A DNA stretch of 62,988 nt, filler included, from Choristocarpus tenellus KU-1152 (GCA_964200185.2; 11 parts of 11 records of this genome joined end to end with filler, not necessarily neighbours in it), one strand, 5' to 3'. Counted from the whole stretch's first letter, positions 48,047 to 62,009 are shown. The notes: a model not told the origin generated them from the letters alone. Made by a program: numbers and translations.

Positions 48047-50708
48047 GTACTGCGAGATCAAGGCGGGGACATGCAACGGAGGACTGTTGGAACAATCCTG
48101 AGGGCAACAATTCCCACCTCTCCAGGAAGACCCGTGAACGTCCGGCCAGAAGAGACCGCCGAAATCAAGATACGGACAAGTCATTTGACCAGTTGGTGTC
48201 TGCCATAACAGCACGACTAACGGAGTCTTGACATCAGATGCAGTCGACGCCAAAGGACTCCCAAGATCACCCTGAACTCGGGGAGAAACGAACTAGGATC
48301 GGTCATAAATTGGGGTGTCTTGCAGAATCTGGTTCCCCGGACACGGTAGGGATAAGAGTTCAAGAAGAAACTAGGGACTTGTTGTGTAGGGCAGCCTCAG
48401 ATGTAGTAGAGCAAATAAGACCCAACACTATAAACATTCAAGGTCAGCACACCAAAGGTTGCCACAAGCAGGACATGTAACAACTGTTGTATCTGCCCTT
48501 TCGTTTTCCCCACAACCAATATTGGACGTGGATGACATGTCTTTTACATCTCAAACGTGTTGTTCCACTTTGTCATACTGTTGGCACACATCAGCAATCC
48601 AACACTATTCTAACTCCCCTTGCGTGCTCAATGTGTCATCTCGCCGCGTAAGAATTCCTGGGTATGTTGAAAATGAACCTTTAACGAGTATTACTGTTGA
48701 TACTGCTACTGACATTCCAGAAATATCTCTCAGATACATTGAAGCCCACCCAACACTTTGCAAGGCACCCATTCGGGAGATTCCAGCAGGCGCTCTGAAT
48801 TTAAAAGGGGCAGGTGGTAGACCTCTCTCTGTAACTGGTTTCATTCAATTACACTACAACTTGGTGACATATCAATGCCTGTCCAAGCAGTGGCCATACC
48901 TAATCTGGGGGTAGAAATGTTTTTGTTGGATAACAGCATTATGTTGGCAATTTGGGCAGTGCCAGGTTGGGATAGAGAGGAGATGTCGTTTAAAGACGGT
49001 GAGCAATGCATTCCGCAAAACACAAAATCGTACCCCTTCCCATCTGTTCCCCCCAAAAGGATTTTTACCAGACTGAAAATGCATCTCACGTTTCACTTTC
49101 AGTAATCACATCTGAATTCAATACACCAGTGCACACAATAAAAAGATATTCCTCCCCCTGGCACGGAAACGCTTGTTCAAGTTTGTTCTCAGGCACTTCG
49201 AGGAACAGCTACCGATGCAGTGGTGGAACCTATCATTTACACTGGCACAGACCTCCAGCATTAGGACGACATACATCTCACTGGCAACACATAATGGTCA
49301 GTCGTACCCTCACTGTTGGGAAGAAGATGGAGGATGTCTAGTCAAAATTGCCAATTTGTCGCAAAACGCGATCAAGTTACCAGCTGAGTTTGTAGTTGGT
49401 CATCTTTCCCCTGTATCAAAAACATATGCCTGGTCAGACACCACAGTAAGTGCAGTTGCAGCCACACCATCTACCCCTGAAGAACTGAAACAGGCTAGGG
49501 AAGAATAGAAGTTGGTTTTTTCTAAGAAGGCTTTTACAAATACTCAACTGACACTGTCTGAACAAGAGGAATTACTAGATATAGTAGCTACATTCAGACC
49601 AATCTTTTCATTGTCCAAAAAGGAATTAGGTTGCTGTACCACTACTTCTGTTAACTTTCCACTACAACCAGGCACTAAACCGGTTAGTAGACCACCGTAT
49701 CGCGCGGCACAAAAAATACGCGACACTATTCGACAATGCGTAACTGATATGGAGAATCAGGGTATTATAAAACCCTCATCTAGCCCATGGGCATCCCCTG
49801 TTATCATTGTTGCCAAACCAGATGGATCACCTCAATTCTGTGTGGATTTTAGAGGAACCATAAATAAACATTTAATACGTAATTCATGGCCTTTGCCATC
49901 CATGGATGAGTGCTTATCCACGTTGGGGGTTCAAAATATTTATCTTGTTTGGATATTCAATCAGCCTACGGGCAACTACCGATCACTGATGAATGCGAAC
50001 GACAAAAAACTGCCTTGATCACACCGGATGGGAAATATGAGTTTCAGAGGTTACCATTTGGAGTACAAAATGCACCGTGGATCTTCTAACGCTTTATGTC
50101 TGAAACCTTTTCCAGTATCGGTCCTAGCTCAGGGTTGTTGATATATTTAGACGATATTTTTTTAGCCTCTCCATCATGGACACACCATAAACAGTTGATC
50201 ACTACAGTTTTGTCACTGTTACAAGATGTAGGGGTTACGTTAAAGCCATCCAAGGCTCAATTTGGCTCCAAACAAATCCATTATTTGGGACATGATGTTA
50301 GCCCACAAGGATTTACTGTATCCCAAGCTCGTGTCGAAGCTATATTAGAGATGCATCCTCCTTAAACTGTGAAAGGCTTACAATCGTTTTTAGGTTCAAT
50401 GAACTTTGTTAGGAAGTATATTCTCCACCTAGCAACAGCAACAGAACCGTTGGTTGAACTGATTCGCTATACACAGAAAGTAAAGTCACACAAAGAGATC
50501 ACCTCAGTAAAACGAGCAAAGAAAGACCACAAGGATATCTCATCTAGATGGAATCGATCACAGGAGACTGCTTTTGACTAATGCAAACGACTGTTATCAA
50601 CGGCTCCAGTGCTAAACTTTCCTGATTTTTCTAAGGAATTTTCTATTCATGTAGGTGCCAGTAATGTTGGGACAGGGGCGTTTATAGCACATAATAATGA
50701 ACATGACA
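48047..50708 (+). mobile_element. Ty3/gypsy gag-pol pseudogene (zinc knuckle, protease, RT, start of RNase H), ended by a MITE
   Basis: GHATEDCW knuckle; VDTA protease-like motif; SSSPWASPVIIVAKPDGSPQFCVDFR; RLPFG; IYLDD; LQSFLGSMNFVRKYI; APVLNFPDFSKEFSIHV. Multiple stops and frameshifts. Confidence 0.93.
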
Positions 50709-50967
50709 GAGTCAAAGTATCTTAGAGGGTAGAGTTACGTCCATTTGGGGCCAAAATCCAATGTTGTGATTTTGATGTAATTTTGGCTATCGTGTTTGTT
50801 AGGAAGTGTCAATATCCATGTTCCGGACACAACTTTTCATAATGTATATATTTCACTTACTCCGAAACATTTTGGAGTAGGTAAATGTCATAAAAAATAA
50901 CCATGGAAAGCCAAGTCCTAAATGGACAAACAGGGGAAAAGTCATACCCTCTAAGATACTTTCACTC
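50709..50967. mobile_element. MITE family A, complete, reverse orientation
   Basis: gagtcaaagtatcttagagggtag...accctctaagatactttcactc. Confidence 0.92.
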
Positions 50968-50972
50968 ATCAT

Positions 50973-52560
50973 GCTTTTTAAGCTGGAGTCACCAGGGAGA
51001 TGGACACGAGGGATTTGTTGGATTCTTGGGATACCTCCCTACCTCCTCATCCTGGGGTGCAGGAATAGGTAGATTGGAGGCATAATAGTAGGAAGGTAGT
51101 GGTACAACATGGATAGTAGTGAAATAGCAAATAGATTGATGTTTCTCACATTTGTGATATATTTTACTTCTTTAGGGCTTATACTGATATGCGGATAGTT
51201 TTCATTCATTCGTTTTCCCCCTGACACATCAGTAAAATGTCGGAGGGCATAATAATAAATATGTAATATGTTATTATACCCCTCTAAAATTTTGAAGATG
51301 TGTGAGGGAAAAACCAGACCAATATCACAAAGACCTCAATAAATGTAAACGTAGTTGTGGTAAATGTAAAAGATACCTCTCCAAAAACTACTTACTATTT
51401 GAACAGTAGCTACACTAAGATACTCCCTTGAAGGTTGGTAATTGCAATGTGATGGTACACCACTGCTAAGCCTCTAACCTAGGTTAGCCGTACACATGTG
51501 GACAAGGAGGTAGGGAAGAGGTATTTATGGCCAAATGTTGGTCAGAAAGTACAAGTGTTACTTTTACAGGAGACGCTGTGATATTTGTTAGGCTCTTTCC
51601 CTGACACGTATCCAAAATGACAGAGTTCAAAAAAATGTAAATAGTAATATATATAGAACATTGTAGTTGACAATGGAGTGTTGTAGTATAGTTGGTATTC
51701 AAATATTTTAAAAAAATTGAATAGAAATCTTCTACATTTATGACCACTTTTCCTCTTGATATATTGGTTTGACTTTTCCGCCGGCAAATCTTGAAATATA
51801 GAGCGCACAATGAGTCAAAGTAAAGGAGAGGTACCTAGGTTTTGACCGTTTTGCCTTTCAAACGACTTTTTAATCTCCTGCGATTCACCAACCTTTCTTT
51901 GGTTGAAGTAGTAAGATTGATTTGAGAGTGTTGATTTCTCTATTGTTTGAAAAGTTTCGACACAATTAAGAAAATTCCCTAGAGTGAAAATCCTTCGGTG
52001 AAAAACAAATGAAAATATTTTCATGTCAGAAAAAACACTAAAAAATATATAAATATATTTACCTCTTTCCTTCGATTTGAATTGGTAAGGGGTAAATGTG
52101 ACATTGATTTGACATTTTCGTTAAGACATCTGAAAAATGTCAAAATAATTTTTAAAAATCAACATAAATGTTCCATAAACATTTTGTGGATAAGTTGGGT
52201 ACACATGTAGTGGAGGGGAGAGGGTTGGGAAGTTATAGCAGGAAATAGATAGAATCTGCCACTACACAAGTGGCTCTCTCGAGACGTTTCATGCGTTTCA
52301 AGGTGTAGACACCAGGAAGATGGGCAAGGAGGGGCCTGTCAGATTCTTGGGATGCTTCCCTCTCCTATGGTTTAAGGGCCAGCCTAGGTCGGAGGCAAAG
52401 GAGGGGGTTGGTGTAAAAGAGGTGGTAGCCAAATAGTAGATAGAAAAATATATCACATTTACCACAACTGCTACTTTTACAGGGGTTCTTGTGCTATTGA
52501 ATTGGCTTTCATTGGTTTTACCCTGACACATCTGCAAAATGTCAGAGAGCATAATATATT
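50973..52560. mobile_element. Cluster of CRE-like 3' ends (+ 50973-51262, - 51270-51440, + 51495-51650, + 52255-52560)
   Basis: Repeated gctggagtcaccaggga...gattcttgggat and ccctgacacatc..aaaatgtc(a/g)gagRgcataata motifs. Confidence 0.7.
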
Positions 52561-52764
52561 CCAGAGTATATGTTAAGTGTACACTACTGGTATGCCTCCA
52601 ACATATCTTAGTCGTACACAAGTGGGCGAGGAGGTAGGGGAATAATATAATGTCTTTCATAATTACGACAACTGTTGCTTTGCCTTACTCACGGATTCTG
52701 AATTATAATTATTATTATATTTGTTCTCCACCCATTCCCCTCCTCCCCATTATGCCACCACTTG

Positions 52765-52975
52765 TGACCAACCACTGCAACCTCTTCGCCACTGATTTCC
52801 AGTCACCCCCCCCATGCGATGACCAACCAATGCAAACCCCATTCGCCCTTGGTTTCCAGTCACCGCCCACCTCTGGCGACCAACCAGTGCGAACCCCCTT
52901 CGCCACTGATTTCCAGCCACACCCTACATCCGATGACCAACCAGTGCAACCCCTTCACCACTGATTTCCAGTTAC
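52765..52975. repeat. Minisatellite, 4 units of 54-57 bp
   Basis: Repeated gaccaaccaNtgcaacc..ttcgccactgatttccag. Confidence 0.9.
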
Positions 52976-53699
52976 CATCCCACCCTTCAACCCCACTCAA
53001 CCCCACACCATTCATCACCACTCCTCCCCACGAGACCTCCCCCCATTTACCGCTTCCTAACCCCATCCAACACCACCCAACCCCCAGCACTTCCCCCCAC
53101 TTTCCATTCCCCTCACCAATCAACGCTACTCCACAATCACCCAATAATACCCCTTCATCATCCACTTCATACCCTGCCTTTGGTCTAGAAGATATCTACA
53201 TCGCCCGAACTTGACCTCCTCCCCCCTTACCCAGCATCCCAATCGGTTGTGAGCAGGTAAAAGGGTGGGTGGGTAGGAGAGATTGCTCAGAGGTTGTCAT
53301 GTTCTAGTCCGCCCCATCCTATACCAGCAGTCTTAGGTCTTCTTAACGCTCTGATCATTCCCTCTTACCTTATACTTCCATCTACCATTATTTTTTTTCA
53401 CTTTTCTCCTATCTCTCCTATCTCTTAATCACTAACTAATTTAACTCTTCGTTTACCCTTTACATATTTTCTTTTCCTTCCTTATCCCTCCCTACTCTGT
53501 AACTCCATCCTACCAGAATTCTCCCGCACACAAAACTCAGATTACTTCATAAACTTTCCCTTTTTCAGGGGTTGTTCTGACATTTGAATGCTTTCATAGG
53601 TTTTTATCAGACAATATCTGGAAAATGTCAGAGGGCACAATAATAAGATCTAAACACTCGAGTGAGAACCAAGACGAGCTTAGGCAGGCCATCACGGAC

Positions 53700-54675
53700 G
53701 CAAAAGACAGGGTACAAGGGAATGCAAGATCTGAGGAACTAAGGTACTGCCCCCCTGAAGGGGAGTACACCCCCACCTCCTTTCAAACAGCCTTTGTCAG
53801 GGATAACAGCAACTTGGCACTAGGCCCTGACGGGATGCGCCCAAGCCACATCAGATCAGCCATCACGACAGATGTTGGTCACGAAGAAGTGCAGAGGCGT
53901 TTACAAAATTATGGGAGCTAGCCTACACCTCCCCAGATGCCCTACCCCTAGAATTCCGGACACTTCGCACAAACTCCAGACTGTCCGCAATTGGGGAGAA
54001 GTGACGCCTGATCGTCTGCGGGCCTTTTTTCAGGAGGGCATGTGCTTCAGCTTTCTGCTTAGACTGGCGTCCCTACCTAGAGGAATTCTTCGGTGGAGTA
54101 GGACAATTTGGCGTCGGGGTCCCAAATGGCATTGAACGTGCACTCCTGGGCACCCGCCTAAGGAATGAGTGCAGAGAATGGGTCATCAGTTTGGACGGAA
54201 GGAATGCTTTCGACAGTGTATGTCGCTCAGCCTTCATCCAGGCCCTTCCAGAGACCCTACCAGGACTCCTACCTCAAGGCATATGGGAACACCTGCAATC
54301 TTCTTTTCCCCCTGGACGAGGGAGGGATGAAGATCCTACCATCAAGATTTGGGATCCAACAGGGAGACCCACTAGGCCCCCTCATATATTGCATGGCGAC
54401 ACACAAGGCCTTGCAACAGGTCCAATCAGTTTTTGGAACCCAAGGGATATCCTCCCGAAGCTACCTGGACGATACATCCATATCACCTAGAGAGATAGGC
54501 CCTAACACTATAGCTGCTTTCGAGCAGTTAAAACTGACCTCCATGAGGTAGGCATTGACCTCAATATGGACAAGACCTTGGCCGCACCTCCCCAGGGCTA
54601 TCAACCCATGCCCTCGGAACTGGACCTTCTCTCTGCAGCAGGAATCAACCTAGCCCCAAACCCCAGTGGTTTTGT
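53700..54675 (+). mobile_element. CRE-like non-LTR reverse transcriptase pseudogene, interrupted by MITE B
   Basis: ALGPDGMRPSHI, QFGVGVPNG, DGRNAFDSVCR, GIQQGDPLGPLIYC and SYLDD across frameshifts. QFGV plus QQGDPLGP is typical of CRE/Cnl1-type RTs. Confidence 0.88.
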
Positions 54676-54785
54676 GACCCAAAGTATCTGGGAGCGGGGG
54701 GGGGGGTCTACACCAGGGGGTCCATTTGGGTCAAAATCAGGAAAAGTGTATTTACAGCATCCATCCGACGTATGCAACCAAATCA
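54676..54785. mobile_element. MITE family B, cut by contig end
   Basis: gacccaaagtatctggg...ctacaccagggggtccatttggg. Confidence 0.85.
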
Positions 54786-54885
54786 NNNNNNNNNNNNNNN
54801 NNNNNNNNNNNNNNNNNNNNNNNNNNNNNTTAATTAATTAANNNNNNNNNNNNNNNNNNNNNNNNNNNNNNNNNNNNNNNNNNNN

Positions 54886-55655
54886 CTGTGGGTGGTGCCT
54901 TGAGTAAAGTTGTGAGCGGCGTTTATGTTTGATCTGGGTGAGAAGCCCCCAGCGTCATCTGCAGCCGATTCGGATGGGCTCGCCTGTCGCCGCATGTCTC
55001 GCAGGAATTCCGTGCGTTTTTCGGCGGATGACCTTAGTGTGTCGATGCTGATGTCGTATTTTTTTGCTGTGACAGAAAAAAGTGGTTGAAACGTGGATGC
55101 CACCCCATCATCGCCTATTTCGACATCAGGAGCGATGCTGACGAGGACGGATTTGTACACCTGGCGTGTATGCTCGGTGCTAAGATCTTTCTTTACACAT
55201 TGGAGGAATGTGTAAACCTGGAGGTCAGGCGTTGACTCGCGTTGTTCCCAACCCAACTCAACTCGCAGTGCACTTGCCAACGGTGCAAATCTGTTCTTCT
55301 CATCCAACAACCAAGAGGCAAGGTCGTTCCAAGTGCAGCCGCTTCCTTCCATCTCTTCTGAGCCATCGTGATTGACAAACTTGGAGAGGAAGAGGTCCAT
55401 TATCTGGTCCGTTTTTGATTTCTTCCTCGAACGGGCGGCACTAGTCTTGGGCAGTCTCTTCAGTCCCCGTCTCCTGAGTGGGACCCAAAGGAGGTCACGA
55501 TGTAAGTTGGGTGGGTTTGTTTCCTTTGACACTAGTGATCGATCCTCATCATGTGAACATAAGTAATACTGCATCTTTCTTCGGGGAAAGGTGCTCGCAT
55601 AATGTTTGGTCACGGGGTGCTCCACGGAAAAGGGCCGTGGTGGATGACACCCCAC
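54886..55655 (-). CDS. Intronless ORF of more than 230 aa, unknown product, runs off the contig
   Basis: Long open frame of normal complexity with a basic NLS-like stretch (RRRGLKRLPK...RSRKKSK). No family recognised. Confidence 0.45.
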
Positions 55656-56224
55656 TTTGAAAGCATGGAGAAGGGTGTGTTTGATGCATCAACAACCGAA
55701 ACTGCCCCGATTAGATTCTCCTGAAAATGTGTGCGTTGCATATGCGGTCAATTGTGAGCCACATACAAAAGGTTACCAAAAAGTACGATGAAGCATGTAG
55801 GACGAAGTGAGTGGGGGTAGTTTGTCGAACGGTACAAAGTGTGTTTTGGTATGAAATTTTGTTGGGAAGCACTTGACAGGTGCATGGTGGGTGTCACCCC
55901 TGACACCATCAGCTCATGTATGTATCACAATTGACGTGTTCTGACGAACGGTAAACTAATGTGTACGATGGATTTTGTGGAAGGGATACTGAACGTTACC
56001 TGTGATGTAGGTCAACACATAGCCCCACATGCACATACCATCGTATGCACCCCTTGCTCTATGGGGGATATGAGATAGCGATTGAGTTTTGCGGCGAGTC
56101 CAGGACGGTGGTTTGGGGGTGTGTCGCTCGAAAAAGTTGGTATGTCGACTGCAGCAACTTTCGTCACACTTTGTTGTGGAACAACATTCGGCAAAAATGA
56201 CATGATATGTGTGACTTCAAATAG

Positions 56225-56482
56225 GAGTGAAAGTATCTTAGAGGGTACGAGTTTTGCCCTGTTTGTCCACTTGGGGCTTGGCTTTCAACAGGTGTTTTAT
56301 GACATTTTTCTATTCCGATATGTTTTGGAGTAGGTAAAATTTATACATTGTGAAAAGGTGTGTGCGGAACAAGGATATTGACACTTCCTAAAAAACACAA
56401 TAGTCAAAATTACATCAAAATTGGAACATTGGATTTTGACCCCCAAATGGACGCGACTCTACCCTCTCAGATACTTTGACTC
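56225..56482. mobile_element. MITE family A, complete (258 bp), with ATAG duplication
   Basis: TIR gagtgaaagtatcttagagggta / taccctctcagatactttgactc; ATAG at 56221-56224 and 56483-56486. Confidence 0.95.
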
Positions 56483-58159
56483 ATAGGTTTGATGTAGACA
56501 GCCGCAAAGTTTGCTGTACTTTGACGAACGGTAAAGTACGACAAAGTATGACATGAAGCGAGCAGATGAAGGAAGGGCGAAACACGATTCGGTATTATTT
56601 CATTAACGTGTAAGGGTGAGAGAGAGTGTCAGGGTTAGGGCATAGGGTTAGGGTGGTGACAGGTGCTATGGTTGGGATCGGAAACGGAAACCGTAAGGAA
56701 CATCGTTTGGTTCCGATATGTATCGGAACGCGGATATCGGAGCACACGAACTTCGTCGATAGATTTCGTTCTGCTCTTTATGGGAGGAGGTGTGCGTCAC
56801 CGGCTCGGAACTACGGCGGAACTAGTGAATACCACGTCTCTCGGATTTCGATGCAAATGTGTGATTTCGGAAGGATATGGTGACCATATGCTTTGCTATG
56901 CCTAGTCTTCAAGCACTAATCCCCCATTGAGGCAATTACAGAACGCACAGGCCACATTGGAGTGTGTCTTGCTGTGACTAGACGTGGTCTTGCCTTGCGA
57001 CTAGACGTGGTCTTGCCTTTGGGATGTCCTGGGGTCTACCCCTCCGAAGTCCACAAGTTCAGTCCCGTTGTTAGAGAGATTCCCTAGTGGTTGGCGGGTC
57101 GTCATCGTACATCTGCGGTGCGACGGATGTGGTCCCCTTTAACAGCAACGACGGTTCCTCAATATCGTCCAGACCCGTTGCTTGGTTGTCGAGAGAGTGA
57201 GGGGGAGTGTGGGGTCTGTCGCATATGTGGTTTGGCGAAAGTTTTTCTTTGTTGTGCACTATAATATAATGCTAGGCAAAGTATAAATATACGTTTTTGT
57301 TCCAATGTAAGACTAAAGAACCGTGAATCTACGCAAAAGAAGATGCCAAGTCAAGTTTTAACCCTCTGGCACTGATGAAGAATTAGCGCATGAAGAGTTA
57401 TATATATATACGCCTTCATGCTTTTTGTTCCATTTCAACAGGATCGTCATGCATAGAAGTTTCGAGATATGTCAAGAGTGCAAAATCCGTTTTTGTCTCT
57501 GAGAAGAAGGAACTCCCCAACTGGCCTGTTCGTAATTGCAAAGTATATACTATTATATAATAGGGATATAACCTTTCATAAAGGCGGTTCTTATTGTACG
57601 GACAATGGTTCGGTTGTTATACAACCAAAAAAAGAAGAGATTAACAGGACCATACCCTCTTGGTCAAGAGAGGATATGCATGAGAATCGTGCTCGTGTGT
57701 GGCTATCCCTGTGCGCCGTACGTTATGCTGTATACCGGGCGTGTCTGAAGGAAAAAACCCGACAAGACTGCCACCTCGTGCAAGGTGAACGTTTGCGTAC
57801 GGCTGGAGGATGATGTGAACTGGCTGCCTAATGCCATCCTCTCTGAGCCTGACTCAATGAGCAAAATATTTTCTCTCTCTCGTTCTGTTTGTTCCTCCTG
57901 TCTCGCTTCGAACGTGCCCACCCGATGCAGAAATCCCGCGATCAACCGAGAGGCTTCGTACAACCACCTAACGCCGCAATGCCTCCAAAGGGCACCAAAA
58001 GCTGAGCCCCCATACAAAAAACGTTCGCCCTGCGTGCAGCCTGCACAGGAGCGTCTCTGGATGACCAACATCGCGAACATGCCGTCACGATTTAGCGCCT
58101 TTGGTGGGTATTGTGGCTATTGTTCATCAACGTAGCATGTATTAGCATGTGGCTGAGAT

Positions 58160-58605
58160 GATACTGTACCCACTGCCTGTGTATGGTGGTGATTACAGCA
58201 TTTTGAGATTCGATTTCCTGTGTTTGTTTGTGCTCCCAACCGTGTACACACCACCTCTCCATGGTGGTGATGCCTTTGTCTTTAGATTCGATGTCCTGTG
58301 TTTGTTTGTGCTCCAAACATGTACACACCACCTGTCCATGGTGGTGATTCCAGCATTTTTATATTCGATGTCCTATGGATATTTGCGTGTCCAACCGTGT
58401 ACACACCACCTGTTCATGGTGGTCATATCACCATTTTCAGATTCGATGCCCTGTAATTATTTGTGCTCCCAATCGTGTGCACACATCCTGTCCATGGTGG
58501 TGATATCACATTTTTAGATTGGATGCCCTGTAATTATTTGCGGTCCCAACCGTGTACACACCACCAACTGTCCATGCTGGTGATTCCAGCATTTTTAGAT
58601 TGGGG
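58160..58605. repeat. Minisatellite, about 6 units of ~78 bp
   Basis: Repeated gtgtacacaccacctgtccatggtggtgat...tttagattcgatg.cctgt...tttgtgctcccaacc. Confidence 0.92.
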
Positions 58606-58849
58606 CGCTTTAATGCATACCATACTCCATTCTTGCTATATCCTAGCCTTTTGGCTCGTTCATATGCATAAGAATTTGGATTATCCTCTACATCTTTCGA
58701 CAATAAATCCATATCTATTTTTGTAGAGGNNNNNNNNNNNNNNNNNNNNNNNNNNNNNNNNNNNNNNNNNNNNTTAATTAATTAANNNNNNNNNNNNNNN
58801 NNNNNNNNNNNNNNNNNNNNNNNNNNNNNGGGTAAATGAATTCAACCGT

Positions 58850-59300
58850 TTCAATTCAGCACAAACTAGGACCTGACCCCTCTGGTGCACCTGTTCCTCC
58901 TCTGCATCCTCAACGACAAACTGTACTAAGAAAAAAACCCCACCAAGGCAAGGTTCCAATCCACTCGAAACTACTATTACTACTAGCATGCTCTTGGCCC
59001 CCCCCAAAACCTAAACTGTACAGAACATTGGGGGAACAGGTGAGGGGCAGGGAAGAGGGGGATCCAAGTGTTGCTCACTTGACCACTAAATTCCCTCATA
59101 AATCAACATTTGATGTAGGTGTCACCTCTACACATCCACAAACTTCTACTTCCTTCACCTCATATGCCATACATAGCCTTGCCTACGATAATAACACCAA
59201 CAACATAATGCCACAGTGCTATCGATCACAATTCAGAGGAAGGAAGGCGTACATATCAAGGATAGATGCGTTCCTTCTGGGTACATAACCGAATCTGATT
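58850..59300 (+). mobile_element. Possible RLE-domain fragment of a non-LTR element
   Basis: KSTFDVGVTSTHPQT resembles the DVxVxHP restriction-like endonuclease motif. Confidence 0.35.
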
Positions 59301-61289
59301 GTTAAAACCCCCCCCAAGTGATTCACATCAAACCCAACACACTTGGGGTACGTTCGCAACTGTTCCGATAATTGCATCTATTCAAGAACCATCACTCTGA
59401 ACCACATCAGAATGTCAGCTTCCATCAAATGCGAAGAGGACAATATTCCCACTTACAGCCCCACGCACACGCACTTAGAACGATTACTTCCGATAGACGT
59501 TCCATGGAACCAGGTAGTCCGTTGGTATGAAGAGACTCAGCAAGGGCCACAAAGGGACCCAACAAATAGTCAACAGTACAGTATAGGTGTGTTCAACACT
59601 GTAAATAAACTGTGATTGGTAGATCACCGATATCGAAAGCAGTCAGTCCTATCCAGCCTGTTTTCCACTAGGAATACAACGACCAAATATACCTCGCACA
59701 CTCCTTCACAGTACCAAATACACAATACAATAATGTATACTGTACAATAGCGCGTGCGTGTGTGTGTGTGTGTGAGAGAGAGAGAAGTTGTTTTCAAACT
59801 AACTCTGCATAATTCCTTGGGTGATAGGTTGAAAGTTCTCAATCCCCCCCCCCCAACGAATCTGCTGGGCTAGTGAGAATGATACCAACAACAATAATAA
59901 TAATATTAACAAGAACAGTGATGTCATATTACGTAAGGCACTGGAGGAATCTTTCTGAAACATACTCTGGTCTAGCAAAGTCTAACTTACCACATGTGAG
60001 GGACCCCCCACTGCACAAAAAAACCCCATCCATATATTTTTTCGGAGCAATATTACTAGTATTATCATCATAAAATAAAACCTACTTTTTTGCTCATTCC
60101 TTTTACCCTTCTGGTACTATACAAGGACCATTTCTGTAATGTCAAAATCGGAAACTTTCATGAGTGAGCGTGTATGCAAGGGAAGGGGGAAAGGGGGGGG
60201 GAGTGGGGGGGGAGGGCTACAACCAAATCACGACATCAATACATCTATAACTTAGACAATAAGGTATACATAAAAAAAGGGAAAGACTTCCGGTCTGCCT
60301 CCATGTGCCAAAATCTCCGTATATTTTACCAATATTTTGTAGATAGTATTATTATTATATTAATATTGTTATACTATATATATAATATTACTACTACAAT
60401 TGTATAATCGCTGAACAAGGTTTTCCTGTCAGGTGAAGGATTCACAAGTAGGTGAAGGTTTTCCCACTATCCCTAACCCTAACCCTAACCGGAGTACATC
60501 ATCAAAGCAAAAAAAATTGGAGCAAACAAAAAATGACACAAAATAGCAACCAGACACAGCCACCAAGGGGTTAGAACCAGCAGAACACATTCCGGCTCAG
60601 ACCTCACAATCTCCCATGAATAATAATTATAGACACTGCACACACACACTTCCAAGTTGAGGTATTATTAGTATTATCATTATTACTACTACATAATAGA
60701 CCGTGCTGCTACAGCATCTATTTCAATCCTCCAAAAAAAACAGCTTAAAAAAAAAATATATATAAAAAAAAAAAAAAATCAATTCCAGCAGTCCCAAGAC
60801 AGTAGCTGTGATCAGGAATGTATGTCGAACCTGCCTGCGCTTAGAGACACCAAAAATGGTGACTGATCTGCTCCACATATGGGTGTACGCTAACCTCCCA
60901 CTAACATCTCTACTCAAGCACTTTCAAAAGCAAGCTACTCCAGGGCATAGTAACTACAAGCCAGCAAATAAAACGAGAATGATGGCTCTGAAAAAGTGTA
61001 CGTTGTATTATTGAAAGAGAAAAAAAAATGAAATAGAGGAGCGGCATACACGCCTACCTACACTTACATGTATATAACCCTAACCCTATATATATATATA
61101 TGACAACCATAAACACTACATAACTTTTTTTTTTAACAGGGCTGTGCAAAGCAGGACATATTTAAGTCAAACAGGAATTGAAACCACATACAGCCATCTT
61201 GCCCCCCTCCCCCCTCCCCTCATAATTCTATATGCATAGTATCTAAACATAATACGCCAGCACAAACACCGTCAATTCCCTCCTCTCAC

Positions 61290-61463
61290 AATCTCCTCCA
61301 TGGACTTGGCTGCTCCCAATTCCTCCCTGAGTTCCTGCATGTTGGCCAGGGCAGTGAAAAGCATCTTGAAGCAGTGGGCCTTGGCGCACTTGAGATAAGG
61401 AGACCCGTACCTAATTGGAGGGTACTGTGTTGCCAGTCCCAGGTACTCTTGACACAGGTCGTC
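61290..61463 (-). CDS. DUS1: tRNA-dihydrouridine synthase (DUS1-like), one internal exon
   Basis: aacag|...att|gtgaga borders, 174 nt. DDLCQEYLGLATQYPP...KCAKAHCFKMLFTAL...ELREELGAAKSMEEI matches the DUS1 helical domain pattern (EYL.L...YP; AHxFK; LREEL). Confidence 0.75.
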
Positions 61464-62009
61464 CTGTTATTGTGGTGATGTTCACAGGGATGCCACATCA
61501 ATAATTAATATATATATATATATATATATATAGATACATTTAGTAAAATCATTTTTTTTTTTAAAACCGGGGTATGAAGTACAAACCACTTTACGTATAC
61601 ATAAAGTACATATATATGTATGTATAGATAATGAGTTGGCAGGACAAGCACTAGCACAAGTAAGCTCCAGGCATTCATTGTTTTTGCATCTGCTTTTGCT
61701 TTTCAACTAGTAGAAATATACCACACCTGCACTTGTGAGCTGCCGATATGTTCATTCCTATTTCTCAACTTCAGTATTTATAAGTTAAGTTCACTAAGAA
61801 CATGGTGAATATATGACACGATACATGCTTTTTTGATACGAAGTGGGTACACTCCTATGTAGCCTAGCCCATGCTGCCAACGATTTCCTCTCATTATCTA
61901 AAAGTTCAAAATCACAACACAAACCCAATAGATATTTTTTGTTTCCTCCTGTTCTTTTTTCAACTGCAATCCACGGACAAAAAAACAAAACACATGCTGT
62001 ACTCCGAAT

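Noticed and set aside
5148-58829. Recurrent TTAATTAATTAA motif and ORFs ending in X...LIN
   Set aside because: Assembly linker, not biology.
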